A DNA stretch of 64,000 nucleotides from an uncultured delta proteobacterium (GCA_963848155.1 CAWKCL010000007.1:1201443-1265442); one strand, 5' to 3'. Shown: positions 10,380-20,610, counted from the stretch's first letter. Program-made: numbers and translations. The notes: generated by a model from the sequence alone, not told the origin.

Positions 10380-11147
10380 CTATGGCGTGTATATTTCCCA
10401 GCGTCCGTATGCTCCGTAAACTCCACCGACATCTTTTAGGAATCTGATTCTACTGGCCACACCCGCCCACGAACCGCCATCCCCGGGTTTCAGGGGGAGT
10501 TCCGTCGTAGAAGAGAAGCTGACCCTGCTATGGGTTATCCGCAGGTTGTCTCCGTTAAGCAAGGGCTTAATGAGGCGTACGGTAAAAACGGAAGGCGCCG
10601 GATTTTCGAAGATATTAAAGCACTTGCCGGCATAGGTGTTATACGCATAATCAACACATACCGTCTGGCCCTCCCCGATTGACCCACCTGCGATCCGTTT
10701 CAGATGCCCGCCTTTACGGTCCAGGTAGTAATCCTCCCCCTCGATATAGGTAACGCTGCCCTCCCGGTTAGTGACGTCTACGGCGCTATCAAAGGTAAAA
10801 TCGGCTGCATGGGCAAGCGCAATCCAGTCTATCCCCATCATTATCACGTCTTCATTTACTACCGTTTGAATACCGGCTGTCGTTGTAGTTATGCTCCCGC
10901 CGTGTAATACGATTACCCATAAGCCTATATCGGCGATCTCCTCCCACGTGAACTCGATTTCCACATCCACGTTACCAAAGACCGTTTTATCAACACCGCG
11001 CGGATGCTCAGAAACATCAAAATGGGTAATCTCTTCCCCGTTAACGCGTACGATTTCTTCTCTGATGATCCCAAGGACTTGCCAACCGGAACCGCCGTTG
11101 ATTTCAATTGTCCCTACCGCGGACCGATCGAGGTTTTCCGTTCCCAT
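10380..11147 (-). CDS. phage structural protein (major tail/tube candidate)
   Basis: 255 aa. Follows connector-like genes in the transcription order. Confidence 0.3.
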   Translation of the reverse strand: MGTENLDRSAVGTIEINGGSGWQVLGIIREEIVRVNGEEITHFDVSEHPRGVDKTVFGNVDVEIEFTWEEIADIGLWVIVLHGGSITTTTAGIQTVVNEDVIMMGIDWIALAHAADFTFDSAVDVTNREGSVTYIEGEDYYLDRKGGHLKRIAGGSIGEGQTVCVDYAYNTYAGKCFNIFENPAPSVFTVRLIKPLLNGDNLRITHSRVSFSSTTELPLKPGDGGSWAGVASRIRFLKDVGGVYGAYGRWEIYTP

Positions 11148-11171
11148 ACGGTTATTCCTTTTTTATATTCC

Positions 11172-11630
11172 TTAATCGCCCTTCGGCAAGAACTGAAAAG
11201 ATATCGTATACCTATAGTCAAAGAGGCCCGCCCCGGTAATCACACCGTCTCTTCCGTCCTCGAAGACGTTATAAACAATAAACCGGGCCGTCAGGAAGCT
11301 CTTCCTGTGTAACAGCCCTCGAAGCCTCCCCTCGATTGCCGCCCTCAGATCCCGGGCCTCGGGCCTGGTGAATATGTGCAGGCAATACCGCTCCGTCCTT
11401 TCTTCAATTGCGGAACCGAGGAGGACCGGCGCGGGGGCAGGCATGGTCTCTATCACGATATAGGCCGGTTTGCCCGTGCTTATCCTCTGGGTTTCCGAAT
11501 CACTCAACGAAAGATTGATCCGTCTATCGATCTCGTCCCCTCCCAAATACGCTGAGAGGGAGGAGTCCCCGGTCAGTATCCCGTATACCAGCTCCTGGAT
11601 GTCGCTTTCAAACACCGTCATTTCAGGCAC
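11172..11630 (-). CDS. tail-completion/neck protein candidate (DUF3168-like pattern)
   Basis: 152 aa. ...KPAYIVIETMP...RYCLHIFTR... resembles phage head-tail joining / minor tail proteins. Confidence 0.3.
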   Translation of the reverse strand: MPEMTVFESDIQELVYGILTGDSSLSAYLGGDEIDRRINLSLSDSETQRISTGKPAYIVIETMPAPAPVLLGSAIEERTERYCLHIFTRPEARDLRAAIEGRLRGLLHRKSFLTARFIVYNVFEDGRDGVITGAGLFDYRYTISFQFLPKGD

Positions 11631-11659
11631 CCCACATAAGCATCAGACTGAAAGGTCAA

Positions 11660-11974
11660 TTATATGTCCCGGACTTCATCGGTTTGCCTGAGGAGGAATT
11701 CAAGGTGTGTGTCCCGATCTTCAAGGGCGGCGACAATAAAATACCTATCGTTGATTGTTGTTCGATCCCCTTTTCGAATATCAGCGGTTGCCGCCGCAAA
11801 TCCCGTAAAATCAATTGAGTTTTCGATCCCTCGAAAAGACCTTTGGTATAGGGAGTCCCGAGGCTGAAGATATACTCTAACGGCCGGTTCTGATTCTTCC
11901 CATGCACTTCCGTTATGCCGCTGGAATCCCATGCTATCTCCTAAGAAAATCAATGATATGGGATGCGATATCAA
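11660..11974 (-). CDS. head-tail joining/adaptor protein candidate
   Basis: 104 aa. Typical size and position. First gene after a ~0.6-kb AT-rich gap. Confidence 0.3.
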   Translation of the reverse strand: MISHPISLIFLGDSMGFQRHNGSAWEESEPAVRVYLQPRDSLYQRSFRGIENSIDFTGFAAATADIRKGDRTTINDRYFIVAALEDRDTHLEFLLRQTDEVRDI

Positions 11975-12276
11975 TCATGGATCGATCAGGTAACGCCGGC
12001 ATGGGCCCCTCCTCCTCATTTCTATTGGCCCGGGAGAAGGGGAATAGTCCCCCTCTCCCAGGCTCTATAACCCAGGATTATCGTGACCTCCAACGCCCAT
12101 CCCCTCTTTTCCTTCACGTATCTGCGGAACTCGGGAGAAGTACACGTAACCTTGGGCCGACTGCCCTTCTTTTCTGATAATGAGTATGTCACGCGAAGCA
12201 CGTTGAGATGAATAATATGAATCGTGAATCTCGACAAAAAAGGAAGGTGTGGCCGAAAGGAATAAGAAAGGGCGGA

Positions 12277-12300
12277 GGAAGTATTTCCTCCGCCCAAATA
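12277..12300 (-). terminator. perfect hairpin GGCGGAGGAA-GTAT-TTCCTCCGCC, candidate intrinsic terminator for the PPC-repeat gene
   Basis: 10-bp stem with a 4-nt loop. On the minus strand it is followed by CTTTCTTATT. Confidence 0.45.
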
Positions 12301-12570
12301 ATAAGCAGTTCTACCAACGACTATATAATGCCGTTAGATCATTTTATCGCCTGGGTAATAAACCCGGTTGTTATTATGTATTTCTATTTTGTAAGAGATA
12401 CACTATCTCCTCCGAACGCTCGACACTCTTATCATTTCACCGTTATAGGACGTCCGACAGGCGAGCCCGCCCTTGCCCGGCACAATGTAACGGCCAGAAC
12501 AAGAAACCAGCTTAGGGGGGAATACAGTGACGATTGCATGAAGTTCGAGATCAAAAGCTATCGATATTCT

Positions 12571-14014
12571 TCAGTAACTATACCGGGGGCGGTTGGAAAT
12601 CCCGTTAGGAGCACTATAGGGATCACCGGTTCCCTCACGGTAGACGGCGCTCCAGTTGCCCGCACCTTCCTTTGAATAGACCTTCAGGTAGAAAGTCCCC
12701 GCACCCATAAGCTGGATGATCTCTCCGTTATCGAGGTCAAAGTCACCTAAAACCTCGACTGCCGTCTTCGCCGATGACCCTGACCCAGAAATCTGCCGTC
12801 CCCTTCGGATAGCTAAAGGTAACTTCAACATAATCGATTTTCGCGTTGATAATGAACGTCCTGAATTCGCCGGGACCGGAAAGATAACCCGTTTCAAGGC
12901 TGGTACCGTGAGGAAGCTTTGCCTTGTCAGGGAAGGGTGGGAACTTCGGCGCCAGGGGCGCCGCCGGGCTTTCTCCTTCGGACGGACTCGTGCCGAGTGC
13001 TACGGTCTCGGTTGGTGGGCCGCCGAAATAGAAAGCGGTGAACGAGCCGGCGCCATTCCGTGAGTAGACGGTTATCAGATATTTTCCTCTCTTGTTCAGG
13101 TCAATGATCTTTTCGTTCTTCAGGTCGAAATCACCCAGGACCCTCTTCCCATCTTCGGCAATTACTTTTACCCAGATATCCGCGCTTCTTGCCGGGCTGT
13201 CGAAATAGATGCTGATCCCATCGGTCTTGGCCTCAAATGGAAACTCCTGTTTATCCGTTCCTCCTTTAAGATCGCCCTCGGCAATAATATAGGCCTGGGG
13301 GATAGGAGATCCCGCAGGATTGAACCTCGCCATAAATCCTCCCGAACCCCTCGTGGAGTAGACAGTCAGATAGAAACTGCCCCCGCCATAAAGCTCGATT
13401 ATTTCACCTTTATCCAGGTCATACTGACCGAGCACCGTCCGTTTATCATCGGCCACCACCCTGACCGAGAGAGACATGGTCTCTTTCGGATAATAGAAAG
13501 CCACTTCGACATAGCTCGATTCGGTCGGGATCCGAAAGACATGGGTATCACCCGGTCCCGCGAGCCTGCCGTTGATGGTAACCTCACTGGATTTGGGCGA
13601 AGGATTGCTGGAAAGCGGGGTGGAAGGTGGCACAGGAACGACGCCGGCAGGCGAGGACACCGGCGGGGAGGCGGCAAGATCGAACTCGGCGGTCCAGTTG
13701 CCCGCACCGTTCCTCGAATAAACGGTAACCGTGAAGAGACCCGCGCCGATTAACCGAATCGAGTCCCAATTGTCCAGGTCGTATCTGCTGACGGTACCCG
13801 ACTGATCAACGGTACTGACCCAGAAATCAACCGATCCCTTCGGGTAGGAAACCGTGATATCGGTCGTTGGGCCGGGGCTTGTAATCGTGAAGGAAGACGA
13901 ATCCCCCGTACCCTTAAGATAGCCGTGCTCGGTCCGGGCGTAAACGGGAGAAATACCGGCGGCCGCAGAGATCATGGCGATTACGCTTACCGTGAGGATA
14001 ACGATCCGTTTCAT
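12571..14014 (-). CDS. secreted protein with 4 tandem ~100-aa PPC (pre-peptidase C-terminal)-like beta-sandwich repeats; apparent frameshift near 12.75-12.9 kb
   Basis: Signal peptide MKRIVILTVSVIAMISAAAGISPVYA. Repeats share the pattern G.GD..F.I......V.F.YPK...D.WV.V..D....L..DLD..EII.L.G.G.YL.VYS..G.G.F.A.F. The last repeat continues into the 12571-12897 ORF. Own AT-rich upstream region and downstream hairpin. Confidence 0.6.
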
Positions 14015-14231
14015 TGGCTAACCGCCCAGGAAGTATGATTAGGTAAGTATTATAGGTTTTGCATCACCCTCCTGTCAAAAGAAATATTTTGGTTTTCTAA
14101 CCGTTAATTATGTCAATACCTCCCGAACGATATGGGCCATTCCAGGCCTCTTGGCCCCAGGCGTCTGCCCGCAAGAAGGACTCAACAATCAGGCGATATG
14201 GACGGGCCAAGCATCTTTGAATCAATTATCT

Positions 14232-14489
14232 CTATCCGTCTATACCGTCGATCACGGCCTTTCCGAACCTCATCCCTTCCCTGCCGGCCAGGTCGGCCAT
14301 TATGACCTCCCGCAGACGGATGAGCGCGGCCAGGGTCTTTTCCTGGTCGACACTCAGCTGGCCTATTGAAAAGGTCCCGGCCTTAAGGGAAGCGATCTCG
14401 GCCTCCACAGCGCCTAACTGCTCTTTCGTGAATCCCATCAGTAGACCTCCAACCGATAGGGTTCCGCCCCGCTCTCTCCCCGCAGCCAT
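14232..14489 (-). CDS. small phage head-completion/connector candidate
   Basis: 85 aa. Downstream of the capsid gene with overlap. Confidence 0.25.
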   Translation of the reverse strand: MAAGRERGGTLSVGGLLMGFTKEQLGAVEAEIASLKAGTFSIGQLSVDQEKTLAALIRLREVIMADLAGREGMRFGKAVIDGIDG

Positions 14490-14785
14490 ATCGCCCCGTG
14501 ACGGCAGAAGTCCATCTTCCGCGTTTCCCCGGGCATTACCCTTCCATGAGCGTTAAGTCCGTCAAACGAGTATTCGATCCAACCGCTCTCGGCGTCGTTG
14601 AAAACCGTGATGGAAAAAGAGGCGAACCCGAAGTCAAACTCCACGAACGAATCGGTGAGTGCCCTCATAACATCGTTGGAAAACCAACCGTGTTTCGAAA
14701 CCTGAATATCGCTGATAATCGCCATGCCCGTCTCCTTAATAATAACGGGGGAGGTTCCCCTCCCCCCGAAATAGAACCCTATCAA
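14438..14785 (-). CDS. small phage head-completion/connector candidate
   Basis: 115 aa. 4-nt overlap with the capsid gene stop. Confidence 0.25.
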   Translation of the reverse strand: MIGFYFGGRGTSPVIIKETGMAIISDIQVSKHGWFSNDVMRALTDSFVEFDFGFASFSITVFNDAESGWIEYSFDGLNAHGRVMPGETRKMDFCRHGAIWLRGESGAEPYRLEVY

Positions 14786-15765
14786 CTCGTGGCCACGTTA
14801 CACCCGTACCAATAGCGCCATTGGACCACGCCAACACCGAAACGTCGCTTTATCTTGGCAAACCAGGTATCGGTGGCCTCATCACGATAGACAGTGATCT
14901 TGGCCGGCTGGCGGTCATAGAAACGAACACCCCGACGAGCCACGCCCATATACCAGGCGTTATCGTCTTCGATATATCGCCAGTAGACCGGTGTAAACAT
15001 CCCTTCCAGGACGTTCTTGTTCCCGTAGGCGTCTATCTCGTAGACGGACTGTAGAATCTGATCAAGGACAAATCGGTTCTTGGGATTGGTAACGATAACA
15101 TTGGGCTCGATCTTGACCCGCTCTCCCCGCTCGTTTACCGCATTGGTAACGGCCATCGCCGAATAGACGGTCTGGATAGTATCGTAGCTCATATCCAGGC
15201 TCGTGGTGAGGTTATTCAGTCTGACTGAGCCTTTGAGCTTGAAGGGGTGACCGTCCGCCCCGGCCCCGAAGAATCCCTTCCCGTCGTAAATGAACTTCGG
15301 ATACGGGTCGTCGTTGTTGGTGAACGAGCCGTTAAACGCGATACGGTCGCCGGCCGCCATCGCTCCCTTGTTGAAGACCCGGGCAACCGCCTCCTCTTCG
15401 GTAATCCTGACTCCCTCGCCCCAGCCCCTGGCAAATTCCATGAGATCGGCGTTAAGTTTCCCCGAATTGAGGTCACTCAGCATATCGTCGGTAAGCGCAA
15501 TCTGGTCCTTGTACGTCTTGAACTTGATATACCAGGTCCACCCCTCGGAGGGCTCGGTGAGCGGTATCTCCTGCCCGTCCGGGACTTCCTTGAGCCGGGA
15601 AACCCCGATAACCTCGGTACCCTTTATTCCGTCTCCCGTCGACACCGGCACGACCTCGACGATCTTGTCATAGACCGTTCCTTCGGCGTCGTATGATTCG
15701 AAATACCATTCGTAGAGATCCTGGGTAAGAAGCTCGGGAAAATTGCCTGATACCATAATTCCCAT
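14782..15765 (-). CDS. putative major capsid protein (HK97 fold; lambda gpE-like family suspected)
   Basis: 327 aa, the size of E-like capsid proteins. Preceded by DUF2190 decoration-like and scaffold-like genes, in the lambda Nu3-D-E order. Family assignment is from memory only. Confidence 0.45.
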   Translation of the reverse strand: MGIMVSGNFPELLTQDLYEWYFESYDAEGTVYDKIVEVVPVSTGDGIKGTEVIGVSRLKEVPDGQEIPLTEPSEGWTWYIKFKTYKDQIALTDDMLSDLNSGKLNADLMEFARGWGEGVRITEEEAVARVFNKGAMAAGDRIAFNGSFTNNDDPYPKFIYDGKGFFGAGADGHPFKLKGSVRLNNLTTSLDMSYDTIQTVYSAMAVTNAVNERGERVKIEPNVIVTNPKNRFVLDQILQSVYEIDAYGNKNVLEGMFTPVYWRYIEDDNAWYMGVARRGVRFYDRQPAKITVYRDEATDTWFAKIKRRFGVGVVQWRYWYGCNVATS

Positions 15766-15786
15766 ACACGTTCTCCTATTGTGTTA

Positions 15787-16263
15787 TTAGGCACCTGCCG
15801 TGCCGTAGTCGATGTCCGATCCGGTATCATTTTCCGAAAACGGCCCCTTGAGCATCGCATAGGCCAGGCCCATTTCCTCGTCAACCTCGACGATCCAGGC
15901 GTTCTTGTAGGTATCGGCCGCAATGTTAACCGACTGGGCCCCGTTGATATCGCAGGTCTGGAAGCAATGGCCCCGCCCAACACCCTGGGCGGGATAAACG
16001 AAGACGCTACCCGGCATCGCCAGCACGATTTGTATGGATTCATCGCCGTCGGCATCGGGCTTCTGATCAACCTTTTCGAGCGCGACACCCACGATGGGAT
16101 CGGACGCGGCGCTCCACTTCTTGATGTATCCGGCTCCGGCGGCCCCGCCCACGGCGTCCAGGACGACGATATCGCCGTCATCGATCGTACCGGTATCCGC
16201 CACTCTGGCCGTTACAACGACCCGGGGACCGTAGCTGTAACCATATTTCATGTAAGTTGCCAT
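15787..16263 (-). CDS. DUF2190-like head decoration/cement protein
   Basis: Start taken at MATYMKYGY, with GAGGAG 6 nt upstream on the minus strand. ...GDIVVLDAVGG...DPIVGVALEKV...IQIVLAMPGSVF... fits the DUF2190 beta-pattern. Confidence 0.4.
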   Translation of the reverse strand: MATYMKYGYSYGPRVVVTARVADTGTIDDGDIVVLDAVGGAAGAGYIKKWSAASDPIVGVALEKVDQKPDADGDESIQIVLAMPGSVFVYPAQGVGRGHCFQTCDINGAQSVNIAADTYKNAWIVEVDEEMGLAYAMLKGPFSENDTGSDIDYGTAGA

Positions 16264-16282
16264 GTGTACTCCTCTTCTATGA

Positions 16283-16993
16283 CTATTCATTTGTTTCGAG
16301 AAACGAAAGCCTGTTAGCGCGAGGGATCCTCCATATCTCGGAGAGCGCCGCATCGCCGCGCACCTTGTCCGACCTTTTCCTGACAAGCGCGGCGGCAAAC
16401 TCAGGGCTTACTCCGAGCGTCCGCGCCAGGCCCTCAACCTCTTCAGGATGAGAAGATGGCCCTTTAACCGGATTGGTCTCCGTTCCGATGTCGATCTGAT
16501 GGACGATGAAAAGATACGGCCTCTTCTCAAGGAGGGTATTGACCGCCGCGTTCGTACCGGTTACTTCCTTAGTCTCCAGATTAGCCGTTACGCCCGTCAG
16601 GTCGGCAAGTTTATAGGCGTCGGCAACCATGTTAGGGCTCATCCCGAGATCAACGGCCTTCTGGAAAAAATCCGTGTAGATCAGTGCGTCGGCGGCCGCT
16701 TCAATTTCCCGGGCTACCACCTCCCTCGAAGCGCTATCACCGTCAGCACCCGGTTTCTCGCCAAGCGGCGCCATCAATTCCGTGAGGGTCTCAAGCCGTG
16801 CCACGAGTGCCTCCAGCAGCTGGGTCAGCCGCTCCAGCGGCGCAGCATCAAAACCGTCACCCGTTTCTACCGCATCACCACCGGACGGCGCGCCACCGCC
16901 GGATGCCGCCGGCTCGATACCCGAACGGATTAGCGCGGGATCGGGAGCAATCGCCGTCGGCCCTGATATAGTGAACCTGTTAGCATCAACCAT
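16283..16993 (-). CDS. putative scaffolding protein
   Basis: 236 aa, acidic and A/E/L-rich. Helical segment ...LERLTQLLEALVARLETLTELMAPLGEK... First gene of the minus-strand head operon. Confidence 0.3.
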   Translation of the reverse strand: MVDANRFTISGPTAIAPDPALIRSGIEPAASGGGAPSGGDAVETGDGFDAAPLERLTQLLEALVARLETLTELMAPLGEKPGADGDSASREVVAREIEAAADALIYTDFFQKAVDLGMSPNMVADAYKLADLTGVTANLETKEVTGTNAAVNTLLEKRPYLFIVHQIDIGTETNPVKGPSSHPEEVEGLARTLGVSPEFAAALVRKRSDKVRGDAALSEIWRIPRANRLSFLETNE

Positions 16994-17150
16994 ACGTACT
17001 CCTCTCTAAGATATTCTTGATGATCATTGTACGGGTAGGGAGGTCGGGCTATTAAGAATATGAATTTCAATAGACATATTTCGTCCGATCTAATAGTATT
17101 ATTGAGCCGAATATGTAACGATTTTTAGTGAGATATGAGATGGTAAAATT

Positions 17151-17738
17151 ATGGACGTAATCTCTGCAATCCGTATCAGACGGAGCATCCGCAGGTATGA
17201 TCGAAGGCCGGTGGATCGGGCGTTACTGCTGGAGATGGTAAACGCGGCCCGGCTTGCCCCATCGACGGTTAACCTGCAGCCCCTCGAATATATCGTCGTC
17301 GATGATGAGATCACGGTCTCCGGGCTCTTTCCATATACCCGGATGGGCGCGCTGTTACCTGAGAAGGAGCGGCCGACGGACGAGGTACGCCCGGCCGCCT
17401 ATATCGCGGTGCTTGTCAATACAACGATCATGAAATCCGGGTATGAATACGATGTCGGATGCGCCGTTCAAAACGCGCTGTTAGCTGCCGTTGCGCACGG
17501 TCTTGGTGCGTGCTTCATCCGCAACATCGATCGTGATCAAATTCGCAGTCTGCTGGCGGTCCCCGCCGGATACGAGATTGATGCGATGATCGCGGTGGGA
17601 TATCCTGCACAGAAGCCGGCGGCCGAGGATACCCAGGGAAACGACGTTCGGTATTATCTGGATGAGGCGGGTTCCCACCGGGTGCCGAAGCGGACGATGG
17701 AACGGATCCTCCATCTCAACCGATTTGGGCGCGGGTAG
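17151..17738 (+). CDS. nitroreductase family protein
   Basis: 195 aa. ...RRSIRRYDRRPV...LAPSTVNLQPLEYIVVDD...GLGACFI... matches the nitroreductase fold. Confidence 0.75.
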   Translation: MDVISAIRIRRSIRRYDRRPVDRALLLEMVNAARLAPSTVNLQPLEYIVVDDEITVSGLFPYTRMGALLPEKERPTDEVRPAAYIAVLVNTTIMKSGYEYDVGCAVQNALLAAVAHGLGACFIRNIDRDQIRSLLAVPAGYEIDAMIAVGYPAQKPAAEDTQGNDVRYYLDEAGSHRVPKRTMERILHLNRFGRG

Positions 17739-17906
17739 ACAAGACTCCGGGCAAGCCGGTGTTGAGAGCTAAAGGCGGGGGAATTCGGGAGACAAACGGC
17801 GTTTGCAGTAGTCGAATATTGCCCAGGCCCGTCCGAGCATTACGGGCCGGGGCTGCCGTTCGATTTGAGGGCACTGGAGGGCCGGTGGCGTTATAGCGAA
17901 ACTCTA

Positions 17907-18137
17907 CTACTCTTCGAGTGTTTTTCTCATCCGCCGGTATTCTTCTTCTCCAATCTCGCCGGCGGCAAATCTCCGGTCCAGGACTTCCCGCGGTGTCTCC
18001 TTCTTCTTGAAGACGTTGAGAGGGTCTTTGTCTCCGGTGCCGAGTTTCCCCTGGGTATACAGGATATAGAGCACTACCGCAGCGACGATAATAAGCAACA
18101 GAAATAGTACCATCTGATTATCTCCATTTCGATTCAC
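17907..18137 (-). CDS. SHOCT-domain small membrane protein
   Basis: 76 aa. N-terminal TM, C-terminal ...RRFAAGEIGEEEYRRMRKTLEE (SHOCT motif). Confidence 0.55.
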   Translation of the reverse strand: MNRNGDNQMVLFLLLIIVAAVVLYILYTQGKLGTGDKDPLNVFKKKETPREVLDRRFAAGEIGEEEYRRMRKTLEE

Positions 18138-18216
18138 AACATTCCACGAATATCTCTACAGGCCACTCGACCGGCCGGCCTTCTTCGTTTCTATCATGAA
18201 AAGGCAGGGGCTCGTC

Positions 18217-18897
18217 TCACGCAATTTTCCAGAGCCGGTTCTTTTTGACAAGATCAAAGAGCTCACGGCTTCGCCGATCGATCTGTTCGAATCCCCATCG
18301 GTCGTAACTCAACAAGGCATTGGTAATAGCAAGCTCCGTGTCCCAGTAATATTTCTTCTCCTTTTTCTCGGAGAATGCACGGTTGGAGTGCCCCAAATTC
18401 CAGTCTCCGGTGACGAGGGTTAGGTTCCCGATACGGCCCATGTTTTCCCGATGAAGCTTGAGAATCTCATCTTTTGATCCCACGTCATTGATAAGTTCTT
18501 CCCGCCACCGCGTTCCAAGCACCACCGGCATGATGTGTTCGGTGGTAACAAGGCCAATATCCACCGGCTGTTCGTCCGGTTTCATGACCTGGGATAGTGT
18601 CAAGAGTATATATTTAGTTCGAGACTCGTTACCTTTGAAAGGCCGTGAGACGAAATTGCGGGCAAATGTCCTATCATCAATGCCGTTTTCCAGCAATTCC
18701 TCTGCAAGCGTATTTGTTATGAACTCGCGGTATTGGGACGGGTCATGGCCCGCAAGCTCGAGACAGATCGTGTTGTAAATCTGATCAAGGTTTCCGGTAA
18801 AGCGGCCGGAGATCCCCCAACGAATGTGGAACGCCTCGATGGCGCGAAGGATATCGCAGACGTCTTGCTCGGATATATTTCGAGTCCCGCGCCTCAA
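18217..18897 (-). CDS. GmrSD-like type IV restriction enzyme, C-terminal DUF1524 (His-Me finger nuclease) part
   Basis: ...EHIMPVVLGTRWREE...GNLTLVTGDWNLGHSNRAF... Overlaps the DUF262 ORF by ~110 nt in another frame. Confidence 0.55.
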   Translation of the reverse strand: MRRGTRNISEQDVCDILRAIEAFHIRWGISGRFTGNLDQIYNTICLELAGHDPSQYREFITNTLAEELLENGIDDRTFARNFVSRPFKGNESRTKYILLTLSQVMKPDEQPVDIGLVTTEHIMPVVLGTRWREELINDVGSKDEILKLHRENMGRIGNLTLVTGDWNLGHSNRAFSEKKEKKYYWDTELAITNALLSYDRWGFEQIDRRSRELFDLVKKNRLWKIA

Positions 18898-19900
18898 AGG
18901 CCGAAAAAACCGGAAGGAGAAGGGAATAAGAAGGCGTTACCTCAACGAGGTGAAGGTTTTTAAGGCGTCGGTTTACGGCCTCCGACGAAAAACCGGCCCG
19001 AACAATCTTATCGTAGATTGCCGCCTTTTCGGCCATATCGGCGGTAAAGGCCTTGATATCGGCCGGCTCGGCATGAGCGAGGGCAACCATGATCTTCTCA
19101 TAGAGCCGGGCCTCGGGGACCTTTCCTTTAAACCGGGACAGCACGTAGCGCCTGAGGAACTTAACCGGGTCCTTATCCCTGACCCTCGTGAACATCTCGT
19201 TCCACAAGAAGATAGTTTCGTCGAATATTTCGCGTATGCCGGATACTTTCATGAGCAGGAAGTTCTTGACCAGATCAACGGAGGAAAGCTCCAGCCCTCG
19301 ATCGTTGAGGGTATCGAAGAGCCGGAAGGCATTGAGATGAGAAAATACGTTGATATGCACGATGGAAATCTTATTGAGAAGGCCGGACAGAACATCTTCC
19401 TCGTTCTTATCACGATAGTAGGCATAGCATTTATTCAGGAGGCTCTCGTTCGCGCGGCGGGGGTTCCCCTCGAGGATTTCCTGAAAGAGCGGGTTGTCGA
19501 ATTCGCCGAGGGTGAGTTTCGGAATCCTGGTGAACTGCCCGTCGCTGTATTGGGTGATAAAGAGAAAACCGGTCAGGTAGTCGGCCAGCTCCGTTTCGCC
19601 CCGTTGCCTGAGGGAATCCCGCAGGGCCGCCAACCATATCAGGATCGTGGCCAGGCGTTGTTGCCCGTCTACGACCTGGTAATATTCCACGGCGGCACTC
19701 GTCTTCTGATCGCTTACGACGACCACGGAACCCAGGAAATGGACATCTGAATCGGCCAGCCCCAGCAGGTCGTCGTAGAGCTCCTGCCACTGCTCTTCGC
19801 TCCAAACGTAGGGCCGTTGATAGATCGGAACCTTATATGCCCGGTTTTTATCCAGGAGAAGGTTCTGCATCGTAATCTCGTGTGCATCAAGGAACTTCAT
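18785..19900 (-). CDS. GmrSD-like type IV restriction enzyme, N-terminal DUF262 (ParB-like NTPase) part
   Basis: ...YKVPIYQRPYVW... and ...VDGQQRLATILIWLAAL... (DGQQR motif). Start taken at MKFLDAHEIT (19900). The C-terminal 30 aa look like out-of-frame read-through. Confidence 0.6.
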   Translation of the reverse strand: MKFLDAHEITMQNLLLDKNRAYKVPIYQRPYVWSEEQWQELYDDLLGLADSDVHFLGSVVVVSDQKTSAAVEYYQVVDGQQRLATILIWLAALRDSLRQRGETELADYLTGFLFITQYSDGQFTRIPKLTLGEFDNPLFQEILEGNPRRANESLLNKCYAYYRDKNEEDVLSGLLNKISIVHINVFSHLNAFRLFDTLNDRGLELSSVDLVKNFLLMKVSGIREIFDETIFLWNEMFTRVRDKDPVKFLRRYVLSRFKGKVPEARLYEKIMVALAHAEPADIKAFTADMAEKAAIYDKIVRAGFSSEAVNRRLKNLHLVEVTPSYSLLLPVFSAFEARDSKYIRARRLRYPSRHRGVPHSLGDLRPLYRKP

Positions 19901-20060
19901 GGACGCATGTTTCCGTGAAGGAATGATATTCCTGCTATTTCGAGACGATCGGCCGCGAGGGGTGTGATATCCCTCAATGCCCGACCCTGCGGTACGCACC
20001 GAATCTAAATCCTATCACATTGCCGTGCCGTGCCGCTCCGTTTCCGACACCGTCTCCGGA

Positions 20061-20610
20061 CTACTCCAGCTTTCTCCGTTTCTCGATGATCCGCTGGGCG
20101 ATTTTTAGAATTGCCTTGATATCGTCGATGTCCGACGGAGTCAATTTATCCAATTCCTTGAAACCCTCGAAGGCCGATATCAGCTCGGGATCATCTATCC
20201 GGGGTATAGTGAGGTATATTTGGGACCGGTCGTTGAAATTCTCCTGCCTTTCCGAAACCGCTCCAATGTGATCGGGGTCCGCCGCGTCGGGTATCCTGTG
20301 GGATGCGTTGTCCATGTCCGTTCTGACGCTGAGCCGCCCGGAATCATAGATAATTCCGTCATTCCTGCGAGTGCTGCGGTCTTTCTCGTCTACGGGAGGG
20401 TCATCCGAAGAATCGAGCCCTTCCACCAACCATTCGAGGGGGACGCGCAAGGGCGGCGGCGATGCTTCGCATCGTACCCAGCGTCACTTCTCGCTCACCC
20501 GATTCCCACCGGCTGACGGCCGATTTTCCGACACCTAACAGCCTCCCGAGCTCTTCCTGGGTTAATCCCTTTTTTCTTCGTATATTCTTAATATTTTCTC
20601 CATCGCTCAT
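20061..20610 (-). CDS. XRE-family HTH transcriptional regulator with acidic C-terminal domain (apparent frameshift at ~20.45 kb)
   Basis: N-term ...IRRKKGLTQEELGRLLGVGKSAVSRWESGER... is a Cro/C1-type HTH. The 129-aa overlapping ORF supplies a D/E-rich C-terminal part. Confidence 0.55.

Noticed and set aside
12208-12675. 155-aa + strand ORF in the AT-rich gap
   Set aside because: Overlaps the C-terminal repeat of the PPC protein on the other strand. Low-complexity start. No RBS.
14782-15765. Possibility that the HK97-fold-like protein is an encapsulin shell rather than a phage capsid
   Set aside because: It is flanked by DUF2190 decoration-like, scaffold-like and connector-like genes, and tail and lysis genes follow. 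No cargo-type enzyme is adjacent.
18824-19750. 308-aa + strand ORF
   Set aside because: Antisense shadow of the DUF262 (GmrSD) gene in GC-rich DNA. No independent signals.
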